Source of the DNA: Eremomyces bilateralis CBS 781.70
Taxonomy: Eukaryota
Assembly (NCBI GenBank): GCA_010015585.1
Contig: ML975160.1
DNA: 64,000 bases
Reading direction: 5' to 3' (one strand)
The position numbers were made by a program, and so were the translations under genes. Below the pieces are notes generated by a model. That model was not told where the DNA came from, ran no database searches, and was given only the letters and a program-made list of their open reading frames with translations. Positions 21,337 through 33,202 of the stretch are shown piece after piece. Position 1 is the first letter of the stretch. Each line of letters starts with the position of its first letter.

Positions 21337-23499
21337 TCATCCTCGACGATAGTATGCTTCCAGTTCGGCCAATTCTTTCCACCTCTTCCCGTCGCCAACC
21401 ACGTTGCTGATGCTGTTCCGTCGCCTCTCCCTTCTCCTTTGCCTCTCGATGTTCCATTCTGCGAACGCTGCCGCACTCCGCTTCATCTTGTCCCGTTTCG
21501 ATGGTTCTGGAGACATCATCCGCTTAACCAACGCGAGAGCCTCCGTGACGTCGGCATCCAAGTTTGCCGCTCCTATCATGATCGGCTGGGACTGACTCGA
21601 TTCAGCTATGCCTTTGATCTGGATGATCCCACTGTGTAGGGATTTAAACCCCCTCTCCACCGCCGTGACGCCGTTTGCTGTGGGCGTCTGGCTGCCGCTT
21701 GATGCATTCGAGCGGGAATTCCGAAGATGACGGATCCACTGGGCGACGCGGCTCAGATTGGCATGGAAGCTGTAATCCCTTGTCTCGGTTGCACGATAGA
21801 CGGCGAAATCCGCTTGATCGTAACCCCGAACCGCCGTCAAGATCGATAAGAATACACACCCAAGACTGAACGAGTCGACTCGTGAACTCGAAAAACCGGC
21901 TCCCGACTCATGTGAGCGGATAATCTCAGGTGCGGCGTAGATGTATGTTTCGGAATCATGCTGTGCCTGGCGGTCGGACTCGGCAACCGTTCCATTGATG
22001 CCATTGGGCCTCGACCAGGCCGCTGCAACGTATGGGTTGTCGCCGACGCCGAAAACGGAGAAGTAGATGCGGTTCGACGAAATGAGAATCTTTCGGGGTC
22101 GGATAGAGCGGTGGGAGATGTTCTTATCGTGCAAGAATGCCAGGGCCTGTGCAAGGTCGTTGATCCAGCCCAGCAGGCGGTTCTGCCGTTGCAAAGCTTC
22201 CGCTGCTAGATCTGCCACCCAAGGATGAGAACCGGAGACGGTCATGGTCGACGAAGAGAAGCGCAGGTATTCTTCTAAATCATACTGCGCGGATTCCGTC
22301 ACGAAACCAATCACATCGTTCTGGGCATACGAGCAGAAAATCTTGTCGAGGTTAGTGTGGTGAACATTGCGGAACTTGGAAATTTGCGCCAGGATGGTTT
22401 TCCTCTGAGAGCTTTGTGAGGGAGGGAGAATCAACTTCTTCCGCACATAAACTCGGTCGGTTTGTGGCGAGTTGTCGGACAGCCATCGGACGCGATCAAG
22501 CGTTTTCTGTATTTGTCGGTGTGAATGGCGGAGGTCCGACGAGCACTCGCCGTACAAGGGACCGAGTGAATGCAGAGGCAACGGTTCCCCGGTTTGATAT
22601 TCAACATGCCCTCCATTTCTTGGGAGGTCCTTGCACATCACTCGCCACTGGGTCGCTAGAACTTTGTCCGGATCTTTCGCAATATTATAGAGCATGTCTT
22701 CTGTGAAGGGAAGCTGCCCATCATGAAGGTCGAAAAAAGCAGCTTGTCGCCAAGCTTCCATGTCGTCACACATCCACAGGAGTAGAGCAGTCTTTGGGTT
22801 CTGAATGGTCCAAACATACGCCAAGCGACGTGACTGCGGATGCCAACGAAGCTGCATGAGGATGGATGGAATGAGTTTGGTCATTTCCTGGATGATGGTG
22901 GGGGTAATGATGGTAACCGTTATCTGTGGAATATCACGCGGGGTACCCCGTGAGGGGATGTCAGCACTCGATTTGCGTGCGTCTCGGTTCTGGAAAGGAT
23001 TGGGCGTTGGAGGAGCATGCGGTATCGAATGCTCGTGGTGATACTTTGGGCTTGAAGACGCGAAGAAGCGTCCTGGAGGCGAACCGGAGATCGAAGACGA
23101 ACTGGCATGGGAACCACTCAGGGTGGATGAGGAGCCGTTGGGTACGGAAAATATCGGCCTCATCGGTCTCGTTGGCACTGGTGCAATCGGCGTAGAACTG
23201 CGACTCGCAGTTGGGGTAGACGTCCTCGATTCAAAATCGTCACTATGCGATGTCGCCGGAGTGATTGGGGTAGCAAGTGAAGTAGTCGATGCATTGGACC
23301 AGGCAAGCTTTGGTGTGGAGCTTCGACTGGCCGTCGAAGACGACTCCGAGGACTCTGCAGGAGAGGAAGGACGGTTACCCCACCTCCATTTCGAGTCGTT
23401 GCCATGAAGATTGAGGTTGGCCATGGATGAGTATGCATGCAAAGACGGATGTCTTGGGGGTGTAGTGGTCGGAGGCCATCCCCACGAAGCGTTTTGCAT
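21337..23499 (-). CDS. Protein kinase-fold protein, probably a catalytically inactive pseudokinase, with a Ser/Pro-rich N-terminus
   Basis: YVRKK, LAFLHDKNISHRSIRPRKILI, FSVFG, YAAPE, DSFSLGCVF, MMSPEPSKR; first in-frame ATG at 23499. Confidence 0.8.
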   Translation of the reverse strand: MQNASWGWPPTTTPPRHPSLHAYSSMANLNLHGNDSKWRWGNRPSSPAESSESSSTASRSSTPKLAWSNASTTSLATPITPATSHSDDFESRTSTPTASRSSTPIAPVPTRPMRPIFSVPNGSSSTLSGSHASSSSISGSPPGRFFASSSPKYHHEHSIPHAPPTPNPFQNRDARKSSADIPSRGTPRDIPQITVTIITPTIIQEMTKLIPSILMQLRWHPQSRRLAYVWTIQNPKTALLLWMCDDMEAWRQAAFFDLHDGQLPFTEDMLYNIAKDPDKVLATQWRVMCKDLPRNGGHVEYQTGEPLPLHSLGPLYGECSSDLRHSHRQIQKTLDRVRWLSDNSPQTDRVYVRKKLILPPSQSSQRKTILAQISKFRNVHHTNLDKIFCSYAQNDVIGFVTESAQYDLEEYLRFSSSTMTVSGSHPWVADLAAEALQRQNRLLGWINDLAQALAFLHDKNISHRSIRPRKILISSNRIYFSVFGVGDNPYVAAAWSRPNGINGTVAESDRQAQHDSETYIYAAPEIIRSHESGAGFSSSRVDSFSLGCVFLSILTAVRGYDQADFAVYRATETRDYSFHANLSRVAQWIRHLRNSRSNASSGSQTPTANGVTAVERGFKSLHSGIIQIKGIAESSQSQPIMIGAANLDADVTEALALVKRMMSPEPSKRDKMKRSAAAFAEWNIERQRRRERRRNSISNVVGDGKRWKELAELEAYYRRG

Positions 23500-25476
23500 C
23501 GTCACCGCCTCGAGCGAGTTTGAACCCACACAGTTGCCGTACGGAGCGGCTCAAGCTCAAACAAATTGTAGGAGAATCAGACCGTTAAGTATATCTCACT
23601 GCAGCTCGAAATTCATCAAGACCAAAACGCCGAAACAAGAAATGCACGATGACTAGTGAAAAAACGAGAAGTGAGGTCGGTTGCAGTTCAACGGCTCAAA
23701 ATGCTGAAAAGAAGAGTAGACTCGCGAATGCCATTCCATCTCGATGAATTCCTCCGAGTACAAATACACTCTCCTCTGCACGATGAGGCCGTCACGCTGG
23801 TTCGGCCCGCTGTCTGGCTGCATCCCTCACGAAATTGGTGTGCCAATGGGAAGCCACGATGCATAGTCTGCCGTTGATGCGTTGGCATCTTCAAATCTGC
23901 ACCATAACCCTCATTCGTTCTGCATCGCCGACACCAGCCAGTGTTGCCCATCGCCTCGGTCGAGCGGGTGAGCAGTGGAAGACTAAGGCTGCAGAGCCAT
24001 GTGGACGTTTAGTACTCGTCCTCACTCAAAAGTCAACATAATACTATCTGACAACGCGAACCTCGTGAACCCCATATGTCGGATACCGGCTTAAATAGCC
24101 GTGCGATTCGCTAGAAATTAATGAACCAGGACCGTTGTGATGACGGATATCCCGCAGGTGAATGGACAACGTTGTGCTAAGATCGAACAATTGCATCTGG
24201 CGTTGCAGGCGCCAGATGAGGTTGCAAAATGGGAGCCTCTGAGGCTGAAATGAGGCGACCATCAGGCCGCGATACGTACCCGACAAATTAAGGGCGTAAT
24301 AGAGTACATCCAAGTGAGCCCTTTGTGTCCCTTGCTGTCTGTTGATGGCTCAGCAATTGGATGCCATCATCCAGATAATATCCAGGACGATTTCTGCAGT
24401 TCAATCGCGCCGCTTCTTCGCCAACCAACGTACGGCGTCAGTGGGCGTAACATAAACCGAGTCTCTGAAATACTTTGCCTTAACACCAGGGCGTGGGCGA
24501 TTCGCCTATGTCACTGCCACGCTATCTCGCGCTTGGAGAGACTGCTGACCGACGATGAACGGCGGAGACGACGGAGACGGCGGTACTGGAAATAGAATAG
24601 CGGTCCTATGATAATGACCGAGTCTCAGGGCAGTGTGAAAGCGCAAGATCAACAGCAACGATGCGACAGGATAAACTCCAGGTTGGTCGCATCTGGCGGT
24701 TCTGAAACCGATTGGTTTGAGCTGTTAGGCCTTGACGGCGATGCGGATCCATAGGGGTTGTGACTTGTGAGGTCGCTTAGTCATCGATATATCTTCCATT
24801 TCTGCACCACTCCTCTCATCCAAAACGCCACAACTTCCAAATCGACTCAGATTCTCCTTCTGTTCCTGTCTCACCATTCCATAAAAAGGATCTTATTATG
24901 AAATGCCATGCGAAGTAGGCGAAGAGCCTCGGACTGTCCCTGGTCACCCGCCTTGCGCATATTGCAGGCCGCCTTGGCAACTGTCAGAGGCTGCTGACTT
25001 TCTTGTCTTTTGGCCATCATGCCGACCCCTTTGATGTCCACAACGTCACATATCCGTATCGCTTCACCCCAATGGGTTTGATATCTTCTCGTTGTATCTC
25101 ACTGATCTTACGGTCTGGCTCCTGAGGGATGCAGTGTTCGAGATCCGGCCATCTAACCCTCGCCAGTATCGCTGCATCGGTTGTTCTCAAGCGCGAGAAG
25201 TATGAAGTCACGCGAGGGTCATGGCACCATGCAATCGTTCTCGATTACCAAGTCCACCTGCTGTTTCCCACCTCCGTTTACTCTTCTCCCTTTTCCCTCA
25301 GCGTTTTGAGGACTTTTGTATAGATTCCCTTGCCAGTCGTTCCTTCGGTCACTACCTTCTCACCTTCGCTATCAAGCTGCTGTGCGGCCTTGAGCCTACA
25401 AATAAATATTGCCAAATTCCGGCTGGACCAGAACAAAATCCATAATACCTAAACCATTATCTCGGCTGTGCGAGCT

Positions 25477-26565
25477 ATGAGACTCGTGTTTGCCGCAGTG
25501 CTGTCTTCCGCGGTCGCCGCCATCGCCTCCAGCGCCGCAACTTGGGGCGATGTTCACACCTATCCTCGCCATGCCGGCCAACGCAGCCGAGTACGAAGCG
25601 ATGTCCTTAAATACTTCAACTCTCTAGCAAAGCGTCAAACCTCGGAAGATGTTCTCCAACCACCTCCATCTCAAGGAGGATCCGCGGCAGATTTCGACAT
25701 GGACAAGTGGAATCAAGAGACGAAGCCGGTATGCACCAACGCCGTTGGTGCACTGGATGGTCAAGCATCAAATTCTGCCGGGATGGCCGTATGTTACAAT
25801 GTGCCATTCTTGGATCAAGCCACCGGTGTCTTTCAGGCCGAGCTCCGAATATTCAACGTTAGCGTACCAGTCAACGAGTGGGTTGGTGTCTCGGCCGCAG
25901 ACATCAGTGTTGCGTTGCGATATTTAGGTGCAACAGTGCAGAGTACGATGGGAATGAGGCAGATCAAGGGAAAGAGACAAGCGGAGAGAGAGGATGTCAT
26001 CTTTCTGGATGCTCTTGGCAATGCTGTGAATCTTCGGTCAAGACAAGTGACATCTGATGGAGGGTCTGTTGGGTCGGAATTGAAGGTTCTGACATATGTT
26101 GGTATGATCAACCGCAATTTGATGGGCCCAGCGATGACATTGTAAGTATCGCACTCCATTAGTTCGAGAACTATCGCTCATGCAGCATCTAGACCTGAAC
26201 TCCAGCCTTTGCTCGTTCCAGAGATCACTCTAATGGCGACCAACCCCGTCACCCAGGCTGTAGTTAATACCACACTATCCAGTACCGAAGCGGGGTTTGT
26301 GTCCGGCGTCTTCGCAAACCAGGGCGCGAGCACGATCGATCCCGCTGCCCAAGCTTCAGCATCGGCGCTGGCTGCGACCGCGACGCCTTTTATCTTGCCA
26401 GGCGTGACTCTGGGCATCTTCCCTACTGGTCTCATCATCACACTTGTATGGACCGCCGCTTTTCTTGCGGCCGTTGGGTTCGGAACTATTAAGCGTGTAC
26501 AGTTCAGGGACCAGTATCGGCGGCGGATGAAGAGGGAGCTTGGTGCCACCGTGAAGCGGATATAG
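25477..26565 (+). CDS. Uncharacterised single-pass membrane protein with signal peptide; exons 25477-26141, 26193-26565
   Basis: MRLVFAAVLSSAVAAIA signal; Cys pair (VCTNA...AVCYNVP); C-terminal TM GLIITLVWTAAFLAAVGFG followed by a basic tail; phase-2 intron joins in frame. Confidence 0.8.
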
Positions 26566-27211
26566 ATTTTAGAATGTTCGATACTTCTTTCCCCAACTTC
26601 GAAATATGTACCGAATATAGCAATGTAATGACGTTCACTTATTCGCCAGGCCGGCCATCGTAGACCAGCCCGACCACTCCCGGTCAAAAGGCCTGGTCGC
26701 ACAGTGTATGCTATCCAACTCCATGGGGTTATGTAACCCCAGCCCTGCAACTGTATGAGGATTGAGGAAGCTCAGCTTCTCCATGAAAAGATGACCGGCT
26801 GTTGTGGCACGAGATTCGTCTCTCATGGCCGGCTAACATCATTTCATCAACCGATACGGTGCGAAAAATGAAGCGTGAATAGTAATCAAGAAGGTTCAAG
26901 TTGCTGAGATATTAACCGAAACACAGTTGGAATGGGCTCCTTGCCGCCCATCTCCAACTTGTCCCTCGGCCCATTAGTGGCTTCTCATTGGGTAATTGGT
27001 GCAGCCCCTTCGAGCAACCTTTCTGTCCGAACTTCAGTCACGGCAACTCGCGACATACAGCCGTGAATTTAATATATTTGACATTTTCCATACAAGTTAT
27101 ACATACCTTTACATATATTTCCAAGTCACGGGGAAGTTTTTTTATCGATCCGGTAGTTTTGGACTAATTTCGCTCTGTCCTTATCGAATCCATCTCGAAT
27201 CCCTCATCAAG

Positions 27212-28252
27212 ATGGCTGCCCAAAGCGTGGAACCGGCACCAAAATCGCTGAGCACCCAATTGGCTTTCCGGCCGATTGGAGATGATCAGTTCATCAGTGT
27301 GATTCCTCCGGATCAGATGGGCAACTCAAAGAGCATCGCGTACGGCGGCTGTACCATTTCCGCCTCGCTTCACGCCGCCTTCCAAACCGTCGGCCCAAAT
27401 TACGCCCTCTATTCTGCAACTGGAAGCTTCTTGGGCCCTTCATTGATTGATCGGCCGTTCATTGCGCGAGTCCGACGCGTGCGCGACACGAGATCATTTG
27501 CAACTCGCGTCATCGACTTGAGCCAAAGCACCGAGGCTCTCCCCTACGAAACCCTCGCGAGGGCCGCGAAGGAAAAGCCGGAGAAGAATGAGCGGAAGGT
27601 GATGATCATGATTGCGGATTTCCAAACCCCTGAACCGGAGACGATGCTCCAGTATTCCGTTAAGCCTTTCAGGCAATATTCTCCGGTCGAGATATGCAAG
27701 CCCAATGATCAAACCGCTCTGGAGATGGAAGAGAAGGGATTACTCCCACCGGGAGTATCAGAAGGACTGAAGAAGGGATTCGGGTTGATCAAGAAACTGG
27801 AATTCGAACAGCGCGCCGCGCCAGAAGGAGTCATGGGCCAGAACTTTGGGGCGGCGGCGAAGTGGTTGAAGACTAGCCAGGATGATTTGGATGTTACAGA
27901 GAAGACATCGGCCGACTATTTTCGACACATTGGAACGACCCAAACCCAAGCCGAGAACGTGTGCGGACTATCATTCATGATGGACGGGGCGCTGTCGTTC
28001 ATCCCGTTGGCGCATAGCGGCATGTGGTTCGATGAAACCGGTCCTTGCTCGACGCTGGACTTCGCCTTAAGACTATACGTCACTAAAATCGACCTCAGTA
28101 AGTGGCACCTCAGGGAATGGCGAACGATGGTTGCCGATCATGCGAGGACGTACACCGAGTCGAGGCTCTTTGATGAGACAGGGACGAAGTTAGTGGCCAA
28201 TATGACACAACAGTGCATTCTGAGACCAGCACCGAAGAAGGAGAAGTTATAG
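27212..28252 (+). CDS. Acyl-CoA thioesterase II (TesB-like, double hotdog fold)
   Basis: QMGN...AYGGC, YSATGSFLGP, VRDTRSFATR, FMMDGALSF, STLDFALR, ARTYTESRLFD, MTQQCILR. Confidence 0.88.
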   Translation: MAAQSVEPAPKSLSTQLAFRPIGDDQFISVIPPDQMGNSKSIAYGGCTISASLHAAFQTVGPNYALYSATGSFLGPSLIDRPFIARVRRVRDTRSFATRVIDLSQSTEALPYETLARAAKEKPEKNERKVMIMIADFQTPEPETMLQYSVKPFRQYSPVEICKPNDQTALEMEEKGLLPPGVSEGLKKGFGLIKKLEFEQRAAPEGVMGQNFGAAAKWLKTSQDDLDVTEKTSADYFRHIGTTQTQAENVCGLSFMMDGALSFIPLAHSGMWFDETGPCSTLDFALRLYVTKIDLSKWHLREWRTMVADHARTYTESRLFDETGTKLVANMTQQCILRPAPKKEKL

Positions 28253-28689
28253 GGGCAATGTTTTCGAAGTTAGAAAATGAATACCACGTTAGATAGAGAC
28301 TTACCGGTACTTGTATGTGGAGAGTGCTCCCAGGTGCGGTCCACAGACATGGAGCGGGAGTCAACCGAAAAGACTGTATAGTTTACAGTATCATTGCCGG
28401 AGTTGCAAGCTCGCTGTTCCAATCGAATTTAGCCTTTTTCTTATAGTCTACACCAAGTAAAGTCTATTTTACGTTACTATGTTCCACTGCGGTCCAAATT
28501 GACGTTGACGTTGAGTACCTGATCAACGGTACTGGTGGTTTTTGGTAACCAATCAAATGTGCCAGCTTGAGATCACTGGCCATGACGAGGCTTCTCTTAA
28601 CTCCCAGTTCGGTTGATATCAAGTACACTCAACACCGGGAACTGAAATAAATTCCGTTCAACGCGTGTTGATATCGCAGAATTGTCGCG

Positions 28690-30572
28690 ATGCACGAGAT
28701 TTTGACGGTCCAGTTAGGCTCTGCAAGCAATCATCTCGGTGCTCATTACTGGAATACCCAAGTAGGTTCGTCCTTGGATGTGCAAAACCAGAACTAATTT
28801 CTTCTCAGGAGTCGTATTTCACGTACGAGGCCAACGACGGAAATGAGAAGCCTGCAGTAGATCACGATATATCATTTCGGGTATGGTCACACACTCGTGT
28901 TCAGATGATTACTCTAACTTACTGAAGGTTGCTCCAGGCTGGAGTTGGTGCGGATGGGTCGGATACCTATCTCCCCCGTGCGCTCATCTACGATCTGAAA
29001 GACAACTTCGGATCTTTGAAGCAAGTAAATGCGCTTTATGAAGTCGAAAATCCATCGCAGGCCGGCAACAGACTGCAGCTTTGGTGAGTAGTACCATAGG
29101 AGAGGTTATGGAACACAGAGACAGTAGTGCTATGTGCCATTCCTCAACGGCCCGTTCTTGGAAACTCCGCCGGGTATTGAACTAAGTATAGCAATCTTGC
29201 TAACCTGACACAGGCATGGTTCCACGGCGACACAATCTACGGCACCGTCGATCTCGCCATCGCCATATTCCCAAGCCCTTGACCAAGGGACTACTACCCC
29301 TTCCCTTTTAACTGATTCAACCGTCCGGTATTGGTCTGACTATCTTCGTGTATACTTTCATCCCCGCACACTACATCAAATTACCATCCCAGGTTTCCGC
29401 GGCCCCAATCAATCTCCCGGTGGTCGACTTCCTGGTCTTTTTTCGAATTCCGCGTTGGGTGACCTGGGGCGATCGACGCAAGAGAAAACCTCCCTTTGGT
29501 CGTCTGGGGAAGATATCTGGGCAGAGCTAGATAGCTCTCCGGATGGGTTCGAGGGGGAAGCCCTCCGTTCATTCCTGGAAGAATGTGATTTGCCTCAGGG
29601 CATCCAAGTCTTTACATCGATTAATGATGCCTGGGGGAACGTTTCAATCAAAGCGGTCGAAAGAATTCGAGATGAAATTGGCTCCAAAACATCCTTATGG
29701 CTTTGGGGACTCGAGGAGAGGATAGATGCTACAGCGGCAGCTCGGACTCAGTCTGCGTTGAATACAGCACGCTGCATGTTCGAAATGGGCCCACACGTGT
29801 CTATGTTTGTTCCTGTCTCTGCACAGCATGCAGGATTCGGAATCGGCCTTCACCCTTGGCGGGTTGCAGCGCTTGAAGCCGCTGCTATCGAATCGTTCTC
29901 CTTGCCTACAAGACTAGGGGAGAGATCAAGCGGACAAGCATTGATGGTTGACATGGAAACGCAGTTAGATTGGAGTGGAAGACGAAAGGCTGCTAAATTG
30001 GCGTTCAGCACTCATGAAGGGGCCGATATAACACTTTGGGGAGACCAAATTCCCTTGGCGGTCACCGCTAGACAAAGGGTAGGCCACAAAACGGAGCATG
30101 TCTTTGGCAAGGTTGAGTGCATCCGCGGCGACTGGGAAGATAAGACCCTAGATGTGGCCAACGGACATGGTAATGGGAATGTTGTTCGGTAAGTCCTCCT
30201 TCCTCTAGTCTATATTACCGACGGGACACCACTTCAGGGGGGCTTTGACTATCATGGGCGACAGACAACACGGACACCCGAGACTTACACATGCTGATTT
30301 TTGCTTACAGACATATGAGCTCAGTCCCATTCCCTATCCTCGACAGCTATCCAACCATCTTCGAGCAGGAATTAGCAGACCAGCGAAGTCTCGCAGTGAA
30401 GACGTCATTGTCCGTGACGGACGAAGTTGCCACGAGGCTTCGGTCACTCTCCATCCTTGCCCGAAGAGCAGCGGAGCTATCTGAACGTGAGACGCTCTCG
30501 AACGGCTTGGAAGGTCTTCGGGAAGAATATGTGGAAGGTTGGGAGGCGGACAGCGATGAAGACGATGACTGA
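28690..30572 (+). CDS. DML1: Misato/Dml1 tubulin-like protein; exons 28690-28761, 28809-28880, 28938-29083, 29214-30188, 30311-30572
   Basis: MHEILTVQLG..SNHLGAHYWNTQ|ESYF, DTYLPRALIYDLK..FGSL, VRYWSDY, LEECDLPQGIQ, FPILDSYP, EEYVEGW. Confidence 0.92.
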
Positions 30573-32347
30573 CAAGTCGACAACCGGTATCTTTTGCTCA
30601 CAGGCTGTATGTACTCAATGCGTTCAATGCCACAATAGGAGGCCTGTCAAAAGGCATCAACATTGCTCCCCCTTCACTCTTCGGTGTCAATTGGAATGGT
30701 GTCGCGTGCTGTGTCCAGGATAGCACAGAGATGTCGTCCGAATCATGCAGGTATTTTGCACCGCCACCAAAAGAATCCAAGGCTTATCATAGCTGCACTG
30801 TGTGCCCGCGCAATGTTTATTCCATGCCCGAATGTTCCATGGACACGTCCGCCTTGTTCGGCTGTCTGGCATTACCTGCTCCTGGCTCTCCAAGTCCCCG
30901 CCTGGTTACCGTCGTTGCCATGTTTCTCGAAATTCGAGGTGTCTGTAAGCTTATATCAACGATCACCATGCATCGAAGCAACTGCCAACTGGTAAGTATT
31001 ACAAAGGGCGACATGAACTGGTAATAACGCTGTCAACATGCTCCAGTCGATCACGAATTCGCGATGTCACCAGGCCCCACATTTTGCTTTCAGCCGGCAA
31101 ACTAAACTTCAGCTTTCCCATGTCAACTTGTCAACACGACAAACTTCGAACTTCTAAACTCATTTCGGAAACATTTGGTAATCCAGGAACATAATTAATA
31201 TGGAGCTGGATACCTGATCCCCCAATCTAGGCCGTATCTGCGGAGATGAGATGAGACATGGAGGCCCACGTATCGTCCACTTCCCGAACGGATCATCCAT
31301 GACGCGAACGGCACCCGCACAAGCCAGCGGGAGATGTTCCCTATGCCGTTAACTACGATCAGAGGAGACAATTTTGGTCTTGAAAGAGCATGGCGGCGAC
31401 GCAACGGTCGCATTTTGAGGAGGCTTGCAAAGAAGTCAGATGCCCGATCGACGAGTACGGAGAGTCTCGTCGACCACGAATCTTACTTTTCCTACGGACA
31501 TCAAAGGCGGAAGGGGGTGCCCTCAAGCTCTTCATGTTGTGGTGAATGTAGTACAGCAATGATTTTCAAAAGGAGAGATGTTGGAAGGTTGGAACAAAGC
31601 TGTGCGTGAGCAGAGCCATAAGTTAACTTACCATAGGGGGCGTAACATGTGGAAACCATTTATTTCCGGTAGTTACTCCAACCTAGCTATGTTCTTTCCT
31701 GTTTCGACATCAAACGCTGCGTTATGGTTATGGTTCTGGGGCATCTCGACATCTCAACATCTCAACAAGTCGACAAGTCGACACGACGTCATACACTCCT
31801 ACTACCCTTCAGGAGCTTGTCCCGCGGGCACTTACTCGCCGCTGTGGACTGCGAAATCTATAAGGTCATATTGCCCATCAATCCGTACCCGATGATACCC
31901 ATGGCAAGGCCTCAACTATCCGCAGCCATACGGTTCACTTCACCTGTTCTCTCTCCGGTTAAGTCTCAGTTGGCATGCTTCAGGTAGCATTGGGTTGCTT
32001 AGTCGCTGGAAGATGTTCAGACAGGGCTAGACGATCCAGTCAGTGGTACACATACTGGATACACTGGTAATTTGTGGGTTCGTCATGGTACCACTCAATC
32101 CAGTTTGTATGAGAGCTTGATTCGGTCATGAGCTTCGCTCCATGTCTTGTAGGTGTAACTATCCCTTTTCCTCACACTTCCTCACACTTTATGCTATTTA
32201 CTCCCAGCTTCCCCCCCAGTCCAAACGCGTCTCTTTCAGTTCCTACTTTGCCTATCCAACAGAGACTCCGTCTTTACGAGTCTATTGTATCCGTCGCGTA
32301 TAGACGTATTTCCTTTCAAGCCAGACATCGGCAACGTTATATTGAAT

Positions 32348-33202
32348 ATGAAGTTCGCATTCGTCCTCCTCGCTCTAACAGGCGAGGTTTTTGGACAGGC
32401 TATAGAGTCTCGTCCCCAGCCGCTCTCCTCAAATCCGCTGCTTTCCTCTCGTCCACCGGTGGACTCCTCTCGTCCGCAAGTGGTCTCCTCTCGCCCGCCA
32501 GAGATCTCCTCTCGTCCGCAAGTGGTCTCCTCTCGCCCGCCAGATATCTCTTCTCGTCCTCCGGTGGTCTCCTCTCGCCCGCCAGAGGTCTCCTCTCGTC
32601 CACCGGCCAACGAAACACAGTCTTCACCGCTCCAGCCGCCAGTCTCCCCAGAGGAATCGGCCGTGGAGTCACATCCAGTGGAATCGGCCGTGGAGCCACA
32701 TCCGGTGGAAACGCCCGCGGCGGAAACTCCCCCAGTCGCCCCTCCGCCGTCCAATGCCACCTATTCTTGGCCAGGGAAGCGTCCGGAAACCTCCACTCGG
32801 TGCCCAGGTGCCCAGGCATCTGACACCAATCAACCCCAACTAGGGAAGCGCCAGAGAATCTCGTGCCCACAGGGTGTTCCTCCGATATCTAATGACACCA
32901 TTCCGGCATCGAACACCACACAGCCGGCATTTAATAGCACTATTCCTCGCTTAAGGAAGCGTGAGGAAACCAAGCCTGGCCGGGAAGATTCTGCTTTGCC
33001 ATCTTCCAACACCCCTCGTGATCAAGAACAGCCCTCGGGAACCCTCGATAACTCAGAGGACTCTACTCCAAAAACTACCAACGCTCATATTGAGCCAGGG
33101 AAGCGTGCGGCAACCTCACTTGCCCAAGACGGTGCTCCGCCTGCACACCAAGCTGCGGGTGCTCTTGTGGCTGGTGCGATTGTGGCATGTCTCTTGTTTT
33201 AA
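32348..33202 (+). CDS. Secreted Ser/Pro-rich repeat protein, probably GPI-anchored, with dibasic KR sites
   Basis: Signal MKFAFVLLALTGEVFG; 8x SSRPxxx repeats; several N-x-S/T sequons; hydrophobic terminus AAGALVAGAIVACLLF with no cytosolic tail. Confidence 0.78.
   Translation: MKFAFVLLALTGEVFGQAIESRPQPLSSNPLLSSRPPVDSSRPQVVSSRPPEISSRPQVVSSRPPDISSRPPVVSSRPPEVSSRPPANETQSSPLQPPVSPEESAVESHPVESAVEPHPVETPAAETPPVAPPPSNATYSWPGKRPETSTRCPGAQASDTNQPQLGKRQRISCPQGVPPISNDTIPASNTTQPAFNSTIPRLRKREETKPGREDSALPSSNTPRDQEQPSGTLDNSEDSTPKTTNAHIEPGKRAATSLAQDGAPPAHQAAGALVAGAIVACLLF
32444..32610 (+). repeat. 21-bp coding tandem repeat x8 (SSRP[PQ]xx)
   Basis: TCCTCTCG(T/C)CC(A/G/T)C... units; also a 27-bp duplication (ESAVE.HPV) at about 32654-32710. 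Confidence 0.9.

Noticed and set aside
29084..29213. Longer introns in DML1 and the Egt2-like gene as possible snoRNA or TPP riboswitch hosts
   Set aside because: No convincing C/D, H/ACA or TPP aptamer motifs seen; an Rfam scan would be needed.
31195..31610. Protein-like fragments downstream of DML1
   Set aside because: Short, stop-interrupted and unrecognisable; cannot distinguish from random sequence.
32444..32610. Regular 21-bp repeats as a CRISPR-like array
   Set aside because: Contiguous coding repeats without spacers, in a eukaryotic gene.
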